A DNA stretch of 64,000 nt from Vicugna vicugna (Eukaryota). The notes under the pieces were generated by a model. The model was not told the DNA's origin and ran no database searches. It saw only the letters and a list, made by a program, of their open reading frames with translations. The position numbers were made by a program, and so were the translations under genes. The DNA lies in contig MU058423.1 of NCBI GenBank assembly GCA_013265495.1, positions 2,185,061 through 2,249,060 of the forward strand, given 5' to 3'. Shown piece by piece: positions 1 to 12,519 of this stretch (position 1 is its first letter; every line of letters begins with the position of its first letter).

Positions 1-129
1 CAGGTGCTGCTGCTCCTCAGGCACCTGCAGCCGCTCTGACACCAGCTTCTTCAGCATGGCCACGCTCTCTTGCCCTGACACCTTCAGGCTGCATCTCCGC
101 CCAAGGAGCAGCTTGACTGTGAGGAACAT
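1..129 (-). CDS. UBL4B: Ubiquitin-like protein 4B, N-terminal 43 codons (continues beyond window start)
   Basis: Reverse complement from ATG at 129 reads MFLTVKLLLGRRCSLKVSGQESVAMLKKLVSERLQVPEEQQHL, the N-terminus of a ubiquitin-like domain matching UBL4B. Its position ~42 kb upstream of and divergent from ALX3 fits known synteny. Confidence 0.95.
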   Translation of the reverse strand, partial: MFLTVKLLLGRRCSLKVSGQESVAMLKKLVSERLQVPEEQQHL

Positions 130-340
130 CAGGCCGAGAGCAGAATCAGGAGGGATCCATGCTCCGGCGGCTGCCCTCAGGGTTAAGGGCTCTGCAGGAG
201 GAAGTGGCTTCTCCCTATCAATGGAGGGCGGTGGCCCAGGAGGCCAAGCGCTGGCCCAGGAGGGCAGCCATTGGCTAATGTGTGGTGATGTAACAATGCT
301 GCCTGCCCCAGGCCCGTTCCCAGAGCAGAACTTCAGGGAA
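130..340 (-). promoter_or_regulatory. Putative UBL4B 5' UTR/proximal promoter with CCAAT box
   Basis: Directly upstream of the ATG. ATTGG at 270-274 (CCAAT on minus) and a GC-box-like GGGCGG near 226-231. TSS cannot be determined. Confidence 0.35.
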
Positions 341-764
341 CCTAGAGGGGCATTGTGAACACAGACCGTCCTTCCTCTGTGAGAGGAGAAAGGAGGGATG
401 AAGAGGAGAAAGGGAGGGCCAGGAAAGAAAACATAGGACTGGGAGAAAGGAGAGCAGGAGACAGAACAGGAGGGCCCAAAGGACAGGGTGGCAGAAGGAA
501 ACATGTCCACATTGTCTCATTCAGCACTGCGTACTGGGTGTCCTCTGCTAGGATCCAGCCCCAGGGAGAAATCGTGTCACAGTTGATACTTTAGATAGCT
601 GATAGATGGAGCTTCCAGTCTAGAGAGCCGGCTAACATTTATCTCTTGGCTGTTTTCTCACGGACTGATGCGCTGCCAGCCAATCAGCTGCGCCTTCCCC
701 GCCTCCCTCCTCCTTTTCCCTCCCCCTCTTCCCTCCCCAACCAAAGGAGCCTTATTATTATTTC

Positions 765-945
765 TTTCTTTTTTAAATATATATATTTTTCATCTCTTTT
801 ATTTTTATTATTGGCTCTTTTGGGGGGAGGATTGAGGGAGGTAATTAGGTTTATTTATTTATTTACTAATGGAGGTACAGGGGATTGAACCCAGGGCTTC
901 AAGCATGCTAAGCACTCACTCTACCACTGAGCTATACCCCCCCAC
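765..945 (-). mobile_element. tRNA(Ala)-derived SINE, camelid vic-1-like
   Basis: Minus strand reads GGGGTATAGCTCAGTGGTAGAG (A box) ... GGTTCAATCCCC (B box), then (TAAA)n and an A-rich tail. Imperfect flanking repeat ccttat(t/c)att at ~750 and ~951. Confidence 0.85.
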
Positions 946-959
946 CCCGCCCTTATCAT

Positions 960-2275
960 TTCTGTTCTTCCTCAGAAACGGCTCCAAAATCTGCCCCTCC
1001 TCTGCACCTCCACTGATCCCCCACCCAGTTCAGACACTCACCTTCCTCCAGCCTCGGGCTTGTGGCTCAGAACTCACAGCTCATCTGCTCCTCCCAGTCC
1101 TGCCCCCTTGGGGCCATTCATGCTGCAGCCAAAGGGGTCTTCCTAAACCAAAATGATGTCAAGTCACTCCTCTGAGTGACATCATCCAGTTTCATCCTTT
1201 TGCATTTGGAATCAAAACCAGCTGCTCAGCATGGCATCCAAGGGCATTACGACCTGGCCCTGCTTCCACCCAGCTTTCCCCACTTCACCATCCTCCACTC
1301 CAGCCACACCTACCCGCCTTTTTCTTTACTTGCTTGTTTCATTTGAACTCTTCGAATCATCCTTTAAAATGTAGGGCAAAAACCACCTCTTCTGGTGCAG
1401 CCATTATGGAAAACAGTCTGGAGGTTCCTTAAAAGACAAAATAGAGTTACCACATGATCCAGCAAATCCCACTCCTGGGTATATATCCAGAGAAAACTCT
1501 TAACTCAAAAAGGTACGTGCACCCCAATGTTCATAGCAGCACTATTTATAATAGGCAAGGCATGGAAGCAACCTAAATGTCCATCAAGAGATGGCTGCAT
1601 AAAGAATATGGGGTGTGTACACCATAAAATATTACTCAGCCATAAAAAAAGAATGAACTAATGCCATTTGCAGCAATATGGATGGACCTAGAGATTATCA
1701 TGTAAAATGAAGTAAGTCAGACAAAGACAAATATCACATGATATCATTTATATGTGGAATCTAAAAAAAATGATACAAATGAACTTACAAAGAAGTTCAA
1801 CTACAAAGAAGTAACAAATAAGAAATAGACTCACGGACACAGAAAACAAACTTATGGTTACCAACGAGGAAAGAGGGGGAGGGATAAATTAGGAGTTTGG
1901 CATTAACATATACACACTACTATATATAAAATAGATAAACAACAAGGACCTACTGTATAACACAGGGAACTATATTCAATATCTTATAATAGCCTACAAT
2001 GGAAAAGAATCTAAAAAAGAATGGTTGGAAACCTCTCCCCTCCTCCATAAAGCCTTCCCTGCTTTCCCCAGTCCTGGGTAGAGGTAATCCCACCTCCTTC
2101 TGTGTAATCATTACTCCCCTTGATACCTGGGTTGATGCACCTACATGTGTCTGTTTCTCCCTCACTGACTCTCAGAGGCCGGGAATGGGTCTTATCTGTC
2201 TTTGTATCCCCTGCCTCCAGCACACAGAGCCTGGCACACAGAAGGCCTCGTAGGCATGTTTGCTGAATAAAGAAG
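960..2275 (+). mobile_element. Old L2 remnant interrupted by an L1 fragment
   Basis: L2-like segments at ~1100-1390 and ~2030-2275, ending 'cctggcacacagaaggcctc...tgtttgctgaataaa'. Confidence 0.55.
1391..2022 (+). mobile_element. L1 fragment: end of ORF2 plus 3' UTR
   Basis: Hallmark L1 text: 'gcagccattatggaaaacag', 'gatccagcaaatcccactcctggg', 'atggatggacctagagattatc', 'cacagggaactatattcaatatc'. Confidence 0.9.
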
Positions 2276-5200
2276 ATAAAATTTTGACATGCTGAGCCAT
2301 GCAGGAGGAGGCAGGGTCATGTACGGCAGGCTGGGGCAGGATATGAACCTGTTGGCAGCCTCTCCTTCGCCCCCACCTCTCCCCTAGAGGGATGACAATC
2401 CAAAATTACATAAAAAAAAAATCAGAAAGTGATTCCAGTCTTTACCAATGGATCTTCTATATATCCTTTAAATAGCCAACTCCCTTGGTGCATCTGAAAT
2501 AAGATAAATTTGCAAAAGTTTATGTAGTGTTCGGGGAGGGGAGGGGCTGTGTACTTCGTGATGGCAGGGCGCACAAGGAGCTCTGCGTGCTGAGGGAGCG
2601 CAGGGTGGATGAGGTTTCTCAGGGACCATCTGGGAGTTCCCAGCATCTGGTGGGGAGGACTATGTGGTGAGCAAACCATGGGATAGACAAGATTGGCGGG
2701 GGTGGAGAGGGGGCTGCTGGGGTGATGCCCTGAGTAGAGCTAATCTAGGAAGGCTTCCTGGGGGCTGAAGTTTGAGTCATCTTCTGCAGGAGATGAAAGG
2801 AAGGTGAAATGGGGAGGGGAGTGGCCTGCAATCTCTCTCCCAGACTATGGGACATCTGAGGAAAGAGGCAGGGGCCAGAGTTCCATGCATGGAGGAAGAG
2901 AACCAGACGCCTGCCTCCAGCGGACTCATCTGCCTGTGACAGTGGCAGCTACTGGGGGAGATGTATTGGGCCTGGGTTTCTAGAAGCACATGAGAGCCAC
3001 AGCTCAGGCTCCATCTCCCCAAGGCCAGTGGTCACTTGCAGGCAGGTGCCTCTGTGACAGGGACTTGGAGGGCCACAGCTGCTGGGTCACACTTTCCAAA
3101 TCAGCTCCCTGGGCTAAAGAGTCCCAGTGTCCTACTGGGCCATGAAGACAGAAGCTTCGGAATTGAAAATGTCCCCGGAAGCTGAGAGGTGGTCACCACT
3201 GACCCCTGCCTCTGTGCCTGGAACCCCCATTGCCCTCCCCAAGGGGGACAGTGGAGGCACCTTGCTGGGCCGCCAAATCATATTTGGAGCTTGGAAATTT
3301 CAGAATTTTCCCCATGTAATTGCCTGTCTTCATTATGCAATTAGCATGAGAAAATGTAGTTGTGTAATCAGAGCATGCACTCAGACGACAACTGCCATAA
3401 TTACAGGGGCAGATTAGCAGGAATGAGTGGGTTCAGTGACTGGAGGGAAAGGAACAAATGTGTACAGGGAGAACACTGGTCAGTGGTGGGTCCGAACCCC
3501 TCCTGTGAACAACTATAAATGCAATTGTGTCACTGGGAAACCAGCACAAAGCCTGCAGGAGGGAAGAGGGAGTCGGGGGAGGGTGCTTTGGGACAGATCT
3601 GTGAACACTTTTGTGTCCAGAACCCTTGGCATTACTCCTGGACATTGGTACACTAAGGGCGTGAACTCTGTAGGATACAAGTCAAATGTCCAGCTGCCAG
3701 CCTGGGGCTGCTCTGAGCAGCCTGCTCCTTGAGTCTCATTTGCTTCCCCTGTCAAATGCCTCCCCTCCCTGGCAGGGTGGCTATGAAGGCCACAAGAGGC
3801 AGGTCACGCCCCAGGACCTAGCACAGTGTTTGACCTATGAAGGCACAGTGTGTATTTTACATAAACTTGTAAACATGCGCTCTGTCAACCCCAAATGTCG
3901 AGGAATACCTCATCGCACCTAGATATGTGCCCAGGTGTGATTCCCCACGGGCTGGGGTGAGCTCTCCCGCTTGCATGAGTAGGCAGGCAAAGCAGCCCTC
4001 TGCAGACCTAGCAGGCCAAGGGGAGGAAGGGGCCCGGAGATGCTGGCTGACAGCTACAGGTGGGGCGCTCTGGCTTTGGCTAGGCTACAGCCACTGCCCT
4101 GGGGATGCACAAAAGGCTCATGAAAAAGGTCTGTTATGCTTCTGCCCACCTCACTCCTCAGGCAAGTTATCAAGTTATTATTGCACTTTAATAATGTCAC
4201 ACAGGCTTTCCAGGGGAGGGGGCGGGGGTGGAGGACTGGGAGATGCTGAGAAATGGGGATGGAGACAAAGCCAGGAGAAGAAAGGCAGATGGAGCCACAG
4301 AAAGAGTGGAGAGGGGAGGGGGATGGAGAACAAGGAAGCTGAGCACAGGAGATACTTAGAAAGGGGAGTTGTCCAGAGGGAGGAGAGGAGGGGAGGGGGG
4401 AGGGCGGCAGAAACAGAACGAAGACGGCACAAAAGGACACTTGTGCCAGGAAGGAAAGAGGGGGAGAAGAAGAAACAGGAAGGAATTGTTACAGCAAAAA
4501 AAAAGGACAATAAATACCTCTGCAAGCCCCCCTGAGAGAGAACAGCGTCCCTCTCCCCTTCTCCTTATAGTCTGGAAATGGTTCACGAGAAAACTTTGGC
4601 AGAGAAAGTGGAGTCCCGGCAGCTGTTCATCAACCAGGCACGGAGGGCCTCAAGTCGTGGTTCCAGCACCCCGGCCTCCTCCACTCCCCAGTTCAGCACC
4701 TCCTGAGCATGCATGGCGGCGGCGCTGCAAGGCCTGCAGGAGAGAGGCAAGTCCCCAGACGCAGCCGGGCAGCCAGGGCTGCCCTCAGGCCCACATCGTG
4801 CTGCTTGAGACCCCGCTCAGCCTGTGCCGCCCACCGCCTGTCACCAGGGACCCCCTGCCCCTTTGAAGGGGGTCCCTCAGAGCTGCTCTGTGCAGGCCCG
4901 GCGCACAGTAGGGGTTTGCCCCTCACCCACTGGCTGGCACTCGTTGTCTCAGCAGCTGCACTGAAGTGGGTCTTTGCTGCTCCGACACAGTTTAAGGGGC
5001 TAAGACTGAGGCAGATAGGCAGGCAGGGAAAGGGAGCTGGAGCGGGAGGGCAGAAGGTGGCAGGGTCTCAGGAGCCCTGGGGAACCGGGCTGCAGTCCAG
5101 GCCCTGCCCTCTCTGACTGTGGGTTCCCCACTCTGGCTCCACGCCTCAGTTCTTGCATCCAGCAACCTAGGTCCTGCCCTGCACTGCTGGCCTGCAGCCC

Positions 5201-8200
5201 CGGAGAAGTCACACTGGCTGGGAGCCACTCAGAAGCCCAGCCCATAGCACTCACATCTCCTGGAAAACCTTGTGGGGTGGCAGCCTGTGATGACCACTAG
5301 ATGTCACTGGTGACCTCCCTGGCCAGTTCCAGCATCACTAACCAAGCAGGACCTGGGCACACCAGACTGGGCCGGGATCCAGAGCCTTATTCGGAGATGA
5401 GTGCCCTCCTCTGGCAGACTGCCAGGCATCCGCACTGTCTCCCGCCCTCACAGGTCATGCTCTGAGGAGCCATGCTCTGGGCACAGACATCAGTGCTCAC
5501 CCTGAGCTGGGTGCTGGGCTAGGTGCTGAGGCAGGGAGAGAGGATAGTAAGACACATCCCTGTGTGGGGAACACATACACATAAACCTGTCATGTTAGCA
5601 CTGTGCATAAACTCGACCATGGCGGGGAGGGAACTTCCAACGTCAACAGGAAGTGGGGCCAGGTCAGGGAAACTTCATCAGGGAGGGGTCTTGTTGGGTC
5701 TGAAGAGCAAGAGCTTCCTCCAGGAAAAAGGCAAGAAGGGCATCCTGGTGGAGGACCCAGCACGCACGAGTCCACGTGGAAGAGTGTGGGATGCAGTGTA
5801 GCTGGGCTGTGGAGAGGGCGGGGTGGGCAGGAGGTGGGAGATGGGGCAGGATAACCAGTCAGGGGCCAGTCACCTTCACACATGCGTTCTTCACTGCGGC
5901 CAAAACCTCTCTGACTTATGCACATCACATCCTAAATCCCTGCAGCGCACACAGGGCTCTCTTGCACACATGCACACACACGCACGCACTCTCTCTCTCC
6001 TTGCCAACCTAAGCTGGCATGAGCAAAGGGGCTTTCTTTCTCGCACCATCTTTGCACTCCATCAGGGCTGTAGGAACGCCCACCCAGTGCTGCTGCCAAG
6101 AGGTCTTCCCTAGTGGGTCCTGGTGGAGATGCTGCCTGTGGTGTGGCTGGTGGCCCATCATCTCAGTTGGGGGCATTTCAACCATGATCCACACAGGGCA
6201 ACCTCTCAGCCCATCTGCATCCAGGCCATGTGATTTCAGATGATAAAAAATAATCTACTTCAGATTGTAGTCATGATATTGGACATTCATTTAGAAGACC
6301 TAAATATGCCCTGAACTTTGGAGTAGTGGTATTATAAAGTCTCAAAGACGGATTCCGAAAGATGACTCCTCAGAGCAGGGACCATGAGCGCTGGGAGTGA
6401 GGGGAGGCTCAGCTGCTCGGAGCCAGGGCTGGTTATTCATGCTGCATCCACACCTGCGTTCCACAAACGTTCCTCACACACTAAGTATGTGCCAGACGTT
6501 TGCGCCAGACTGTGGCGAGTAATCTCTGCTCTGCAAATTTACAGAGAGCAAGAGGTAGGGCTCAGGCTGGACTCAGACTTGGCAGGGGCAGGAGGTGGAC
6601 CAGAAGGGTAGGTAAAAGTGAGGGAAGGAGTTTTCTTCTATCCTAGAAAAACGGACAGGCATGAGGCTCTGGGAAGAAAGCTCAGGCAGACAGCTCGTGG
6701 ATGTCCACCAGGGCAGCACAGAGGGGTGAACTGCTGCCTGACGTGCCAGGCTGGGTGGAGCGTCATGGGGCAGATTCTGCTTCCATTAGGACTGATGCTC
6801 TGAATGGCATCATGAGTCCTCCAGTTCCTGAGGACTATTTCTCCCTTACTTTCCTTATAATGTGCTTCCTAAAAAAAAATAATAGAAATTAAAATTTTTT
6901 TAAATCTATAGTCTTATCTAGGCAGCAACAATAAGAAAAAAATGTATTCACATCTAAGCCAGATTAAGTGGAGAAGCAAAGGGGTTCCTGGGTCAAGCAA
7001 AACAGCGGCAGCTGCAGAGACCCGGCTGAGGGCCAGGGGCACCCTGGAGGACCTAGCGTTGGTGGGTGCGCTACTCCTCGGGAATGGCTTTGATGAATTT
7101 TCCCCTCCGTCCAGGTCTGATTGTTCCTTTGAAGATCTGTGTCATCAATCAGAGTGGCAGGAACCCTGCACCATGCAGCAAAGATCAAACATGATGCATT
7201 AAAAGCAAGGACAGAGGAGGTGCCCTCAGAGCCCTGCCCTGAGCACCTCCTGCTCTTGCTGGTCTTGCGAGTCCACTGCTGGGTCTGGATGGAGAAGTCT
7301 GTGGCCACGCTAACGATGCTGCCACACTGATTCTGCAGGACCAAAGGGGCCCCTGTCATTCCTGGAGAGGTACCAAGGCTGGTCCTCCAACAGGGCAGCT
7401 TGCACCACCATTTCAGCCTGGCTGTTGGCCTTAGGATGCTCAGGCCAGCCCTTGGATGAAATTCTTGCCCACTACCCCTATTCTCTGAGTTGAGATAAAG
7501 GCAGGCTCCTGCCAGGAAAGATGACATGTAATCAGCCACATGACCCCTGCCCCAAAGATGCTCGGGCCAAATGGAGGTCCAGAGGGAAGAAATCTGGGAA
7601 CAGACCAGGTGAGGCTGGCGTTGGGGGGACCCAGCTACCTGGAAGACAGGCTTCTGCCAGGAGAAGAGGAATCTAATGACAGCTGACAAAACAGCTAGTG
7701 AACTTGGATTTGATTCGGGCTTGGAAAACCGTGAGGAGGTCCAACTGGCAGGTGGGGTATGGGGCTGGGCAGGTTGCTGGTTGTTGTAGTAGTTACCTTC
7801 CTGCTTTTCCAGCTGGCAGCACTAACCACACGTAGCCAGTCATTAGAAAAGGCTGGAGCCAAAAGCAAGAGGGAAAAATTCTAATCTAACCAACAGCTGG
7901 CTGGATGTTCCAGGAAGCAGCATGGGCTATATCAAACAACGGGAAAACTCAGGCCCAATCAGGGGCTGCCTCAGCCTCCCTAGTATATTACAAGAACTTC
8001 TTCAACTGAGTCAGTCCTAGTATTGAAACTCTAGTGACCAGCTGCTCAGCCGACAGCCTGAGATCCCAGCTGATGGCCCTCCTATGGTCACCAACATGAG
8101 CTCAAGAGCTTCTCACTGTAAGAATATCACACTGGACCTTTTGGACATTAAGCCCATGTCCTAACAAATGCTTTTGGGACTCCTAGACAAGTCAACCCAT

Positions 8201-9216
8201 TCCTCTCACTCACAGGGATCTAATTAAGTGTCTGGGAATGGCAGGGTTCATGATCAGGCAAGGAATATAGAGCAACAGGACCAGATCTGAGGGTGGCAGG
8301 GGTCCTTTGCCTTGGAGAGAACTAGAGAATGTCCAGGGAGCCATGAGCCAGCTGTCAGCCCCCCTCCCTTGGGCTGTTCAAAATAATGCCCCTATTCACA
8401 TCCTTAACATACCTGTGTCTTCCCATCCATCTGCATCTCAGATTCAGAAACCACTGGTTTGAGGCTGTTTCTGGCATCTGCAGTTGGTCTGGACACAAAG
8501 TGTTCAAAAGAGGCCTGGGAGGTGGCAGGCAGGTGGCTGGGTGATGGGAGGGCCAGGCTGAATGGAGGCTGAGAGCTTGTCCCACAGCCCAAGCTCTGGG
8601 CACCAGCTTTCCGGCAGGAATGACAGCTGCCCATCAAATGCCAGTGTCTGTCGGGAGTGGTATGTCTGCAGTGACAGCCCGGGGGCCAGGAAGCAAGGTG
8701 TGGGAGCCAGGGCGGGAAGAGGAATTCTCCAGCCTGCACAGTTGTAGAGAAACGGAAATGGGGCCCTGACTAAGTGCCAGGTATCTGGTCTTCAGTCCTG
8801 AGACACCCTGGCCACTTGGCTGAGCAGAGGCAGAAGTGACCAGGCTAGGTTCTTTGCCAGACAGGAACCAATGGCCCAAGAATGGGGTCTGCTGGGAATC
8901 CTGTGGGTTGGCAGGTAGGCTTTTCTCCCCCAGATGCTTCAGGGGTGACAGAGAGGTCGGGGCAGGAATCTCCTGAGCTGTCCAAAACCACAGTGCGCTG
9001 TCTCAAGCTTCCACTTACACACGACCCCCCCGCCACTTCCCTGCAAGGACATGGCTAAGGAGAAGGGTAAAAGGGAATCTGAGGGCAGAAGGATTTAGGA
9101 TAACATTTAGGGAGAAATTTCTGATATGAAGCTAGGATGCTACTTCTAAGCTTTTAGCAATAAACAGAACAGCCCTATTTAATTGAACCAGTTAGCCAGA
9201 AGCAGGGGGATGGGCA

Positions 9217-9250
9217 AGATGACCTTGACAAGCAGATGACCTTGACAAGC
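9217..9250. repeat. Perfect 17 bp tandem duplication (AGATGACCTTGACAAGC x2)
   Basis: Seen directly at 9217-9233 and 9234-9250. Confidence 0.95.
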
Positions 9251-10284
9251 CTTCCTGGTGAACTCAAGCAAGGGTGCCTGGTCAGAAGGACCCCTGCACT
9301 CAAGTCCACCAGGCCTCACACTAATGCAACAGGAAAAGAACAGCTGAGATATAATCTCCATGTTCCGCTCAACAGAAGAGGTGATGAGATGGTCCTGCTG
9401 TGGCTTAGGCTGGAGACCTCGGGTAGTAGAATCATAATTTCCCACAAGAAAAAAGGGGCTGAAAGAGCAAGTCCTGCCACTCCATCAAGAAGCTGGGACC
9501 GGAGAGGTAACTGGCTACTCTCAGCCCTATTTTGGACGGGTTGCCACGCCCATGGACCCCTGGGAGAATGCCTTGCAGGAGAGGAGCTGGCGCCCAGCCC
9601 AAGGAAGTGAGGCAGGACAGCGGTGGGGAGCTGGGTGTGGGGAGTGGTCCCCAAGGCCCCAGCCAAGCTTCTGGGCCCCAGATGAAGAGTGAATCGCTGG
9701 TTCCCCCTGGAGGGGAATAGTCAGTCACCCTGTAAAAGTTTATTTTTATACATGTCTGATCTATTTCACATCCGCCCAGATATTTTGACACATATACAGG
9801 AAATGTAACTCTCCCTCATATGGCAGTGTTTGGTTGGCCAGACCTGGGGAAACTCAATAGGGTCACAGAGGAGCAGAGGGGAGCTGCAGAGTCAGGGAAG
9901 AATGCCAGAGGCCTGAGGCCACAATGGACACCTGGGACCAGCAGGCTGGGGACAGGGGTCATCATAAGGTCAATGTAGAAATCCCCCTGCCCAGGGCCCT
10001 ACCCGTAGGAGGCTGAGTGTGTTCTGGTGGCTACTCCCCAGGAGGGATGGACCAAGGATGAAGCACTCCACGTAAAGCAGGGGCGGGGAGGGGTGCTGTT
10101 AGAAAGACAAAAACAAGTCAGGTCTAAGAGCCAAAGGCTGAGATACCTCAGACATCAACGGAGAAGCAGGCTTTTCTCCCTGCCCCAGTGTCCTGGCATG
10201 CTAGCACAGGGACAGCAGGAGACCTAAAGCTCCAATGGAACAAAGAGAGGGGAAAGAGCTCTGGGCTGGGCACTACCCACCTGA

Positions 10285-10410
10285 CCTTCCCTGAGTCACT
10301 GAACCTCCGTGGGTCTCAATTTCCTCATATACACATTGGAGTTGATATTACCCACCTGGGAGGCCGGAGGGATTAAAGCAGAGAGTACATGTACTGTTTC
10401 TCAAAAGGGT
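10285..10410 (+). mobile_element. MIR SINE remnant
   Basis: MIR core-like 'cactgaacctccgtgggtctcaatttcctcatatac...ggattaaa'. Confidence 0.6.
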
Positions 10411-12519
10411 CTGATAAAGGAGAAGAGCTTGGCAAATGCTAGTTCTCTCTCCTGAACTGTAAAATGGGGAGGATGCTGGATCTCCTGAGCAGGGCGGGAG
10501 GAGGTCAAAATGGGATGATGTGAGTGAGTCACCCAGCATAATGGCTCATTCCAGGGGTGACCCGAGACCTCGGTTCTTTTCCTTCAGAACACACTGGATC
10601 TTTAAACGATGCTGGCAGGCCCTGGGGCGGGGTTGGGGGTAAGGTGTGAGCACAGGATGCTGTGGAAGAACAGGGAGGGTCCTCCTGCCCCTCTGCACAG
10701 GTCAGGGAGGGTCCTTCTTAGTTCTCCCAAAGACAAAAGTAAACTCACGCAGCTATCATTCCATGAGGAACAGGGGCCAGAACAGCACACTAACTTTGTG
10801 AGGCTTTTCCCTTTTTTATTTTTACGTTTTAAAGTTTAAATTCCTGAATAGTGCATTCCTACAGGATGCCCAGTGGAGACAGGTGATGGACAGGCACCCC
10901 TAACTCATGGAGCCGAGATGGGGGCCGAGGGCCTGCTCTCTCTCCTTGATCCCCTGGCGCTGGCATCAGGCACAGGGCATAGGCAAGACTGGCCACGGAA
11001 CAGCCTCTCCAAATGAAGCCGTTTGGACCATCCTACTCTTACGTGCTTGAGGAGCCTGGCCTCTGCCTCTGTTTTCAGGGCCTCCTTTCCCCTGGCTCTG
11101 GGCACTGCTGGCCCAGAATGTGTCCCTGCCTCAGTCACCACTGCCCCAGTGAGCTGGTTCAGGATCTCAAAGGAACGAGGAGGAGCTTCCCAGTCCCTGC
11201 TTGGTAACTGAAGAGTGATGGCCAAGAAGTCGTTAAGTCCTCCCCTTCCTCCCCTCTCCTCTGGGACCCCGAGGGCTGAAGCTCCAAAAAGCCCAGGGAG
11301 TGTCAGTAGGTGGAGGCTGCACTTGGCCTCACCTCACCCCATTCTCCCACCCATCTCCCTGTAAATCCTGGCGACACAACAGGAAGGCCCTTTAACTAGC
11401 ACATGAAAGTGCTTTGGGCTTTCAAAGGCTGGCTCTGCATTTATGGGGAGCCCAAGACTTTTATGGGCCATTTCTAGTCCCCCTCCCCCTGACCTACTGA
11501 TGCATGGTGGCTTCTAGCCACGGTGTGGGGAACTGTCACAGCCCAAGCCAAGTGGCCACTGGGCGGGGAGGGAGGATGAGAGAGAGCCCAGACCTGGGAG
11601 GCAGGGATGCTTCAGCAAGGACACGCTGGCCACCCACTCACCCTCTATGGGCCTCCCAGGATGCCCCTCTGTCCTTCAAACAGGGCTCAAAATAAGGTCT
11701 CACAGAGTTGTTACTGATCATTTGACTGATCTGCAGCCACTGACTGTGGGTCTGTCTTGGAAGGGGCCCAATAAACCCCTCTGAAGTGTAGGGAGGGCCT
11801 TGTCCAGGAGGTACTCAGCCCATTCTGGAGATGGCCAGGCAGGCAAGCTGTCCAGACTACCATTCAAACAATAGATCTTTAGCATCTTCTGTAGCCCAAA
11901 AGACCATGAAGCTGTAAACTTCTAAGGATTTGGGGAAAAGAATTATTAAGTATCTCTCCAACAGAGAGCTAGAAATTCATCAGGCCAGTAGCCTCACAGA
12001 AGAGCCCAGGAGACCTTCTCCCACCTGGGCCTCGTCGGTACAGAGACCTCTCTGGCTCCACATGCGTGGGTGGTGGGATGGGGCCTCCCAGCCTGGGAGC
12101 TGACAGAGCCTGGTGGGGAGGACGAAGCAGCCAGGGTCTCCACCTGCTCCCACCTTCTCCTGCCTGGAGACCTGGGCCAAGGAGAAAGCCCAGCCCTGCG
12201 GGCTCCCAAGGCAGACCCCTCACTCCCAGGCCACTCCCCATCTTGCCCACTGCCCCTCCCTTCTTGACTCTCTTCTCTCTATCAAGCTCCTTCTCTGCTA
12301 TTTTTTTGTTAATTTTTCCTCTCCCTCCTCATTCTCTCCTTTCGCTATTCTTTAGTCTCATTCTTATTCTCATTCTCTGAACCATTCCACTGTTTTTACC
12401 TTTTCTTTCTCCTCTTTCCATTCTTTTTACTTGCTCTAACCATCCTATTCCCTCCTCTCTTGGACAAGACTCTCCCTTCAAGGTCTCACCTAACAATGAG
12501 ATCCCATCACTTTTAAGAT

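Noticed and set aside
868..940. tRNA-Ala-like sequence on the minus strand
   Set aside because: It continues into a SINE body and A-rich tail and its arms are degenerate, so it is a SINE head rather than a tRNA gene.
3927..4535. 202 aa ORF and overlapping antisense ORFs
   Set aside because: Produced by purine-rich low-complexity sequence, with no recognisable domain or splice support.
6964..7689. 241 aa minus-strand ORF
   Set aside because: No recognisable protein similarity. Length is compatible with chance in GC-rich DNA.
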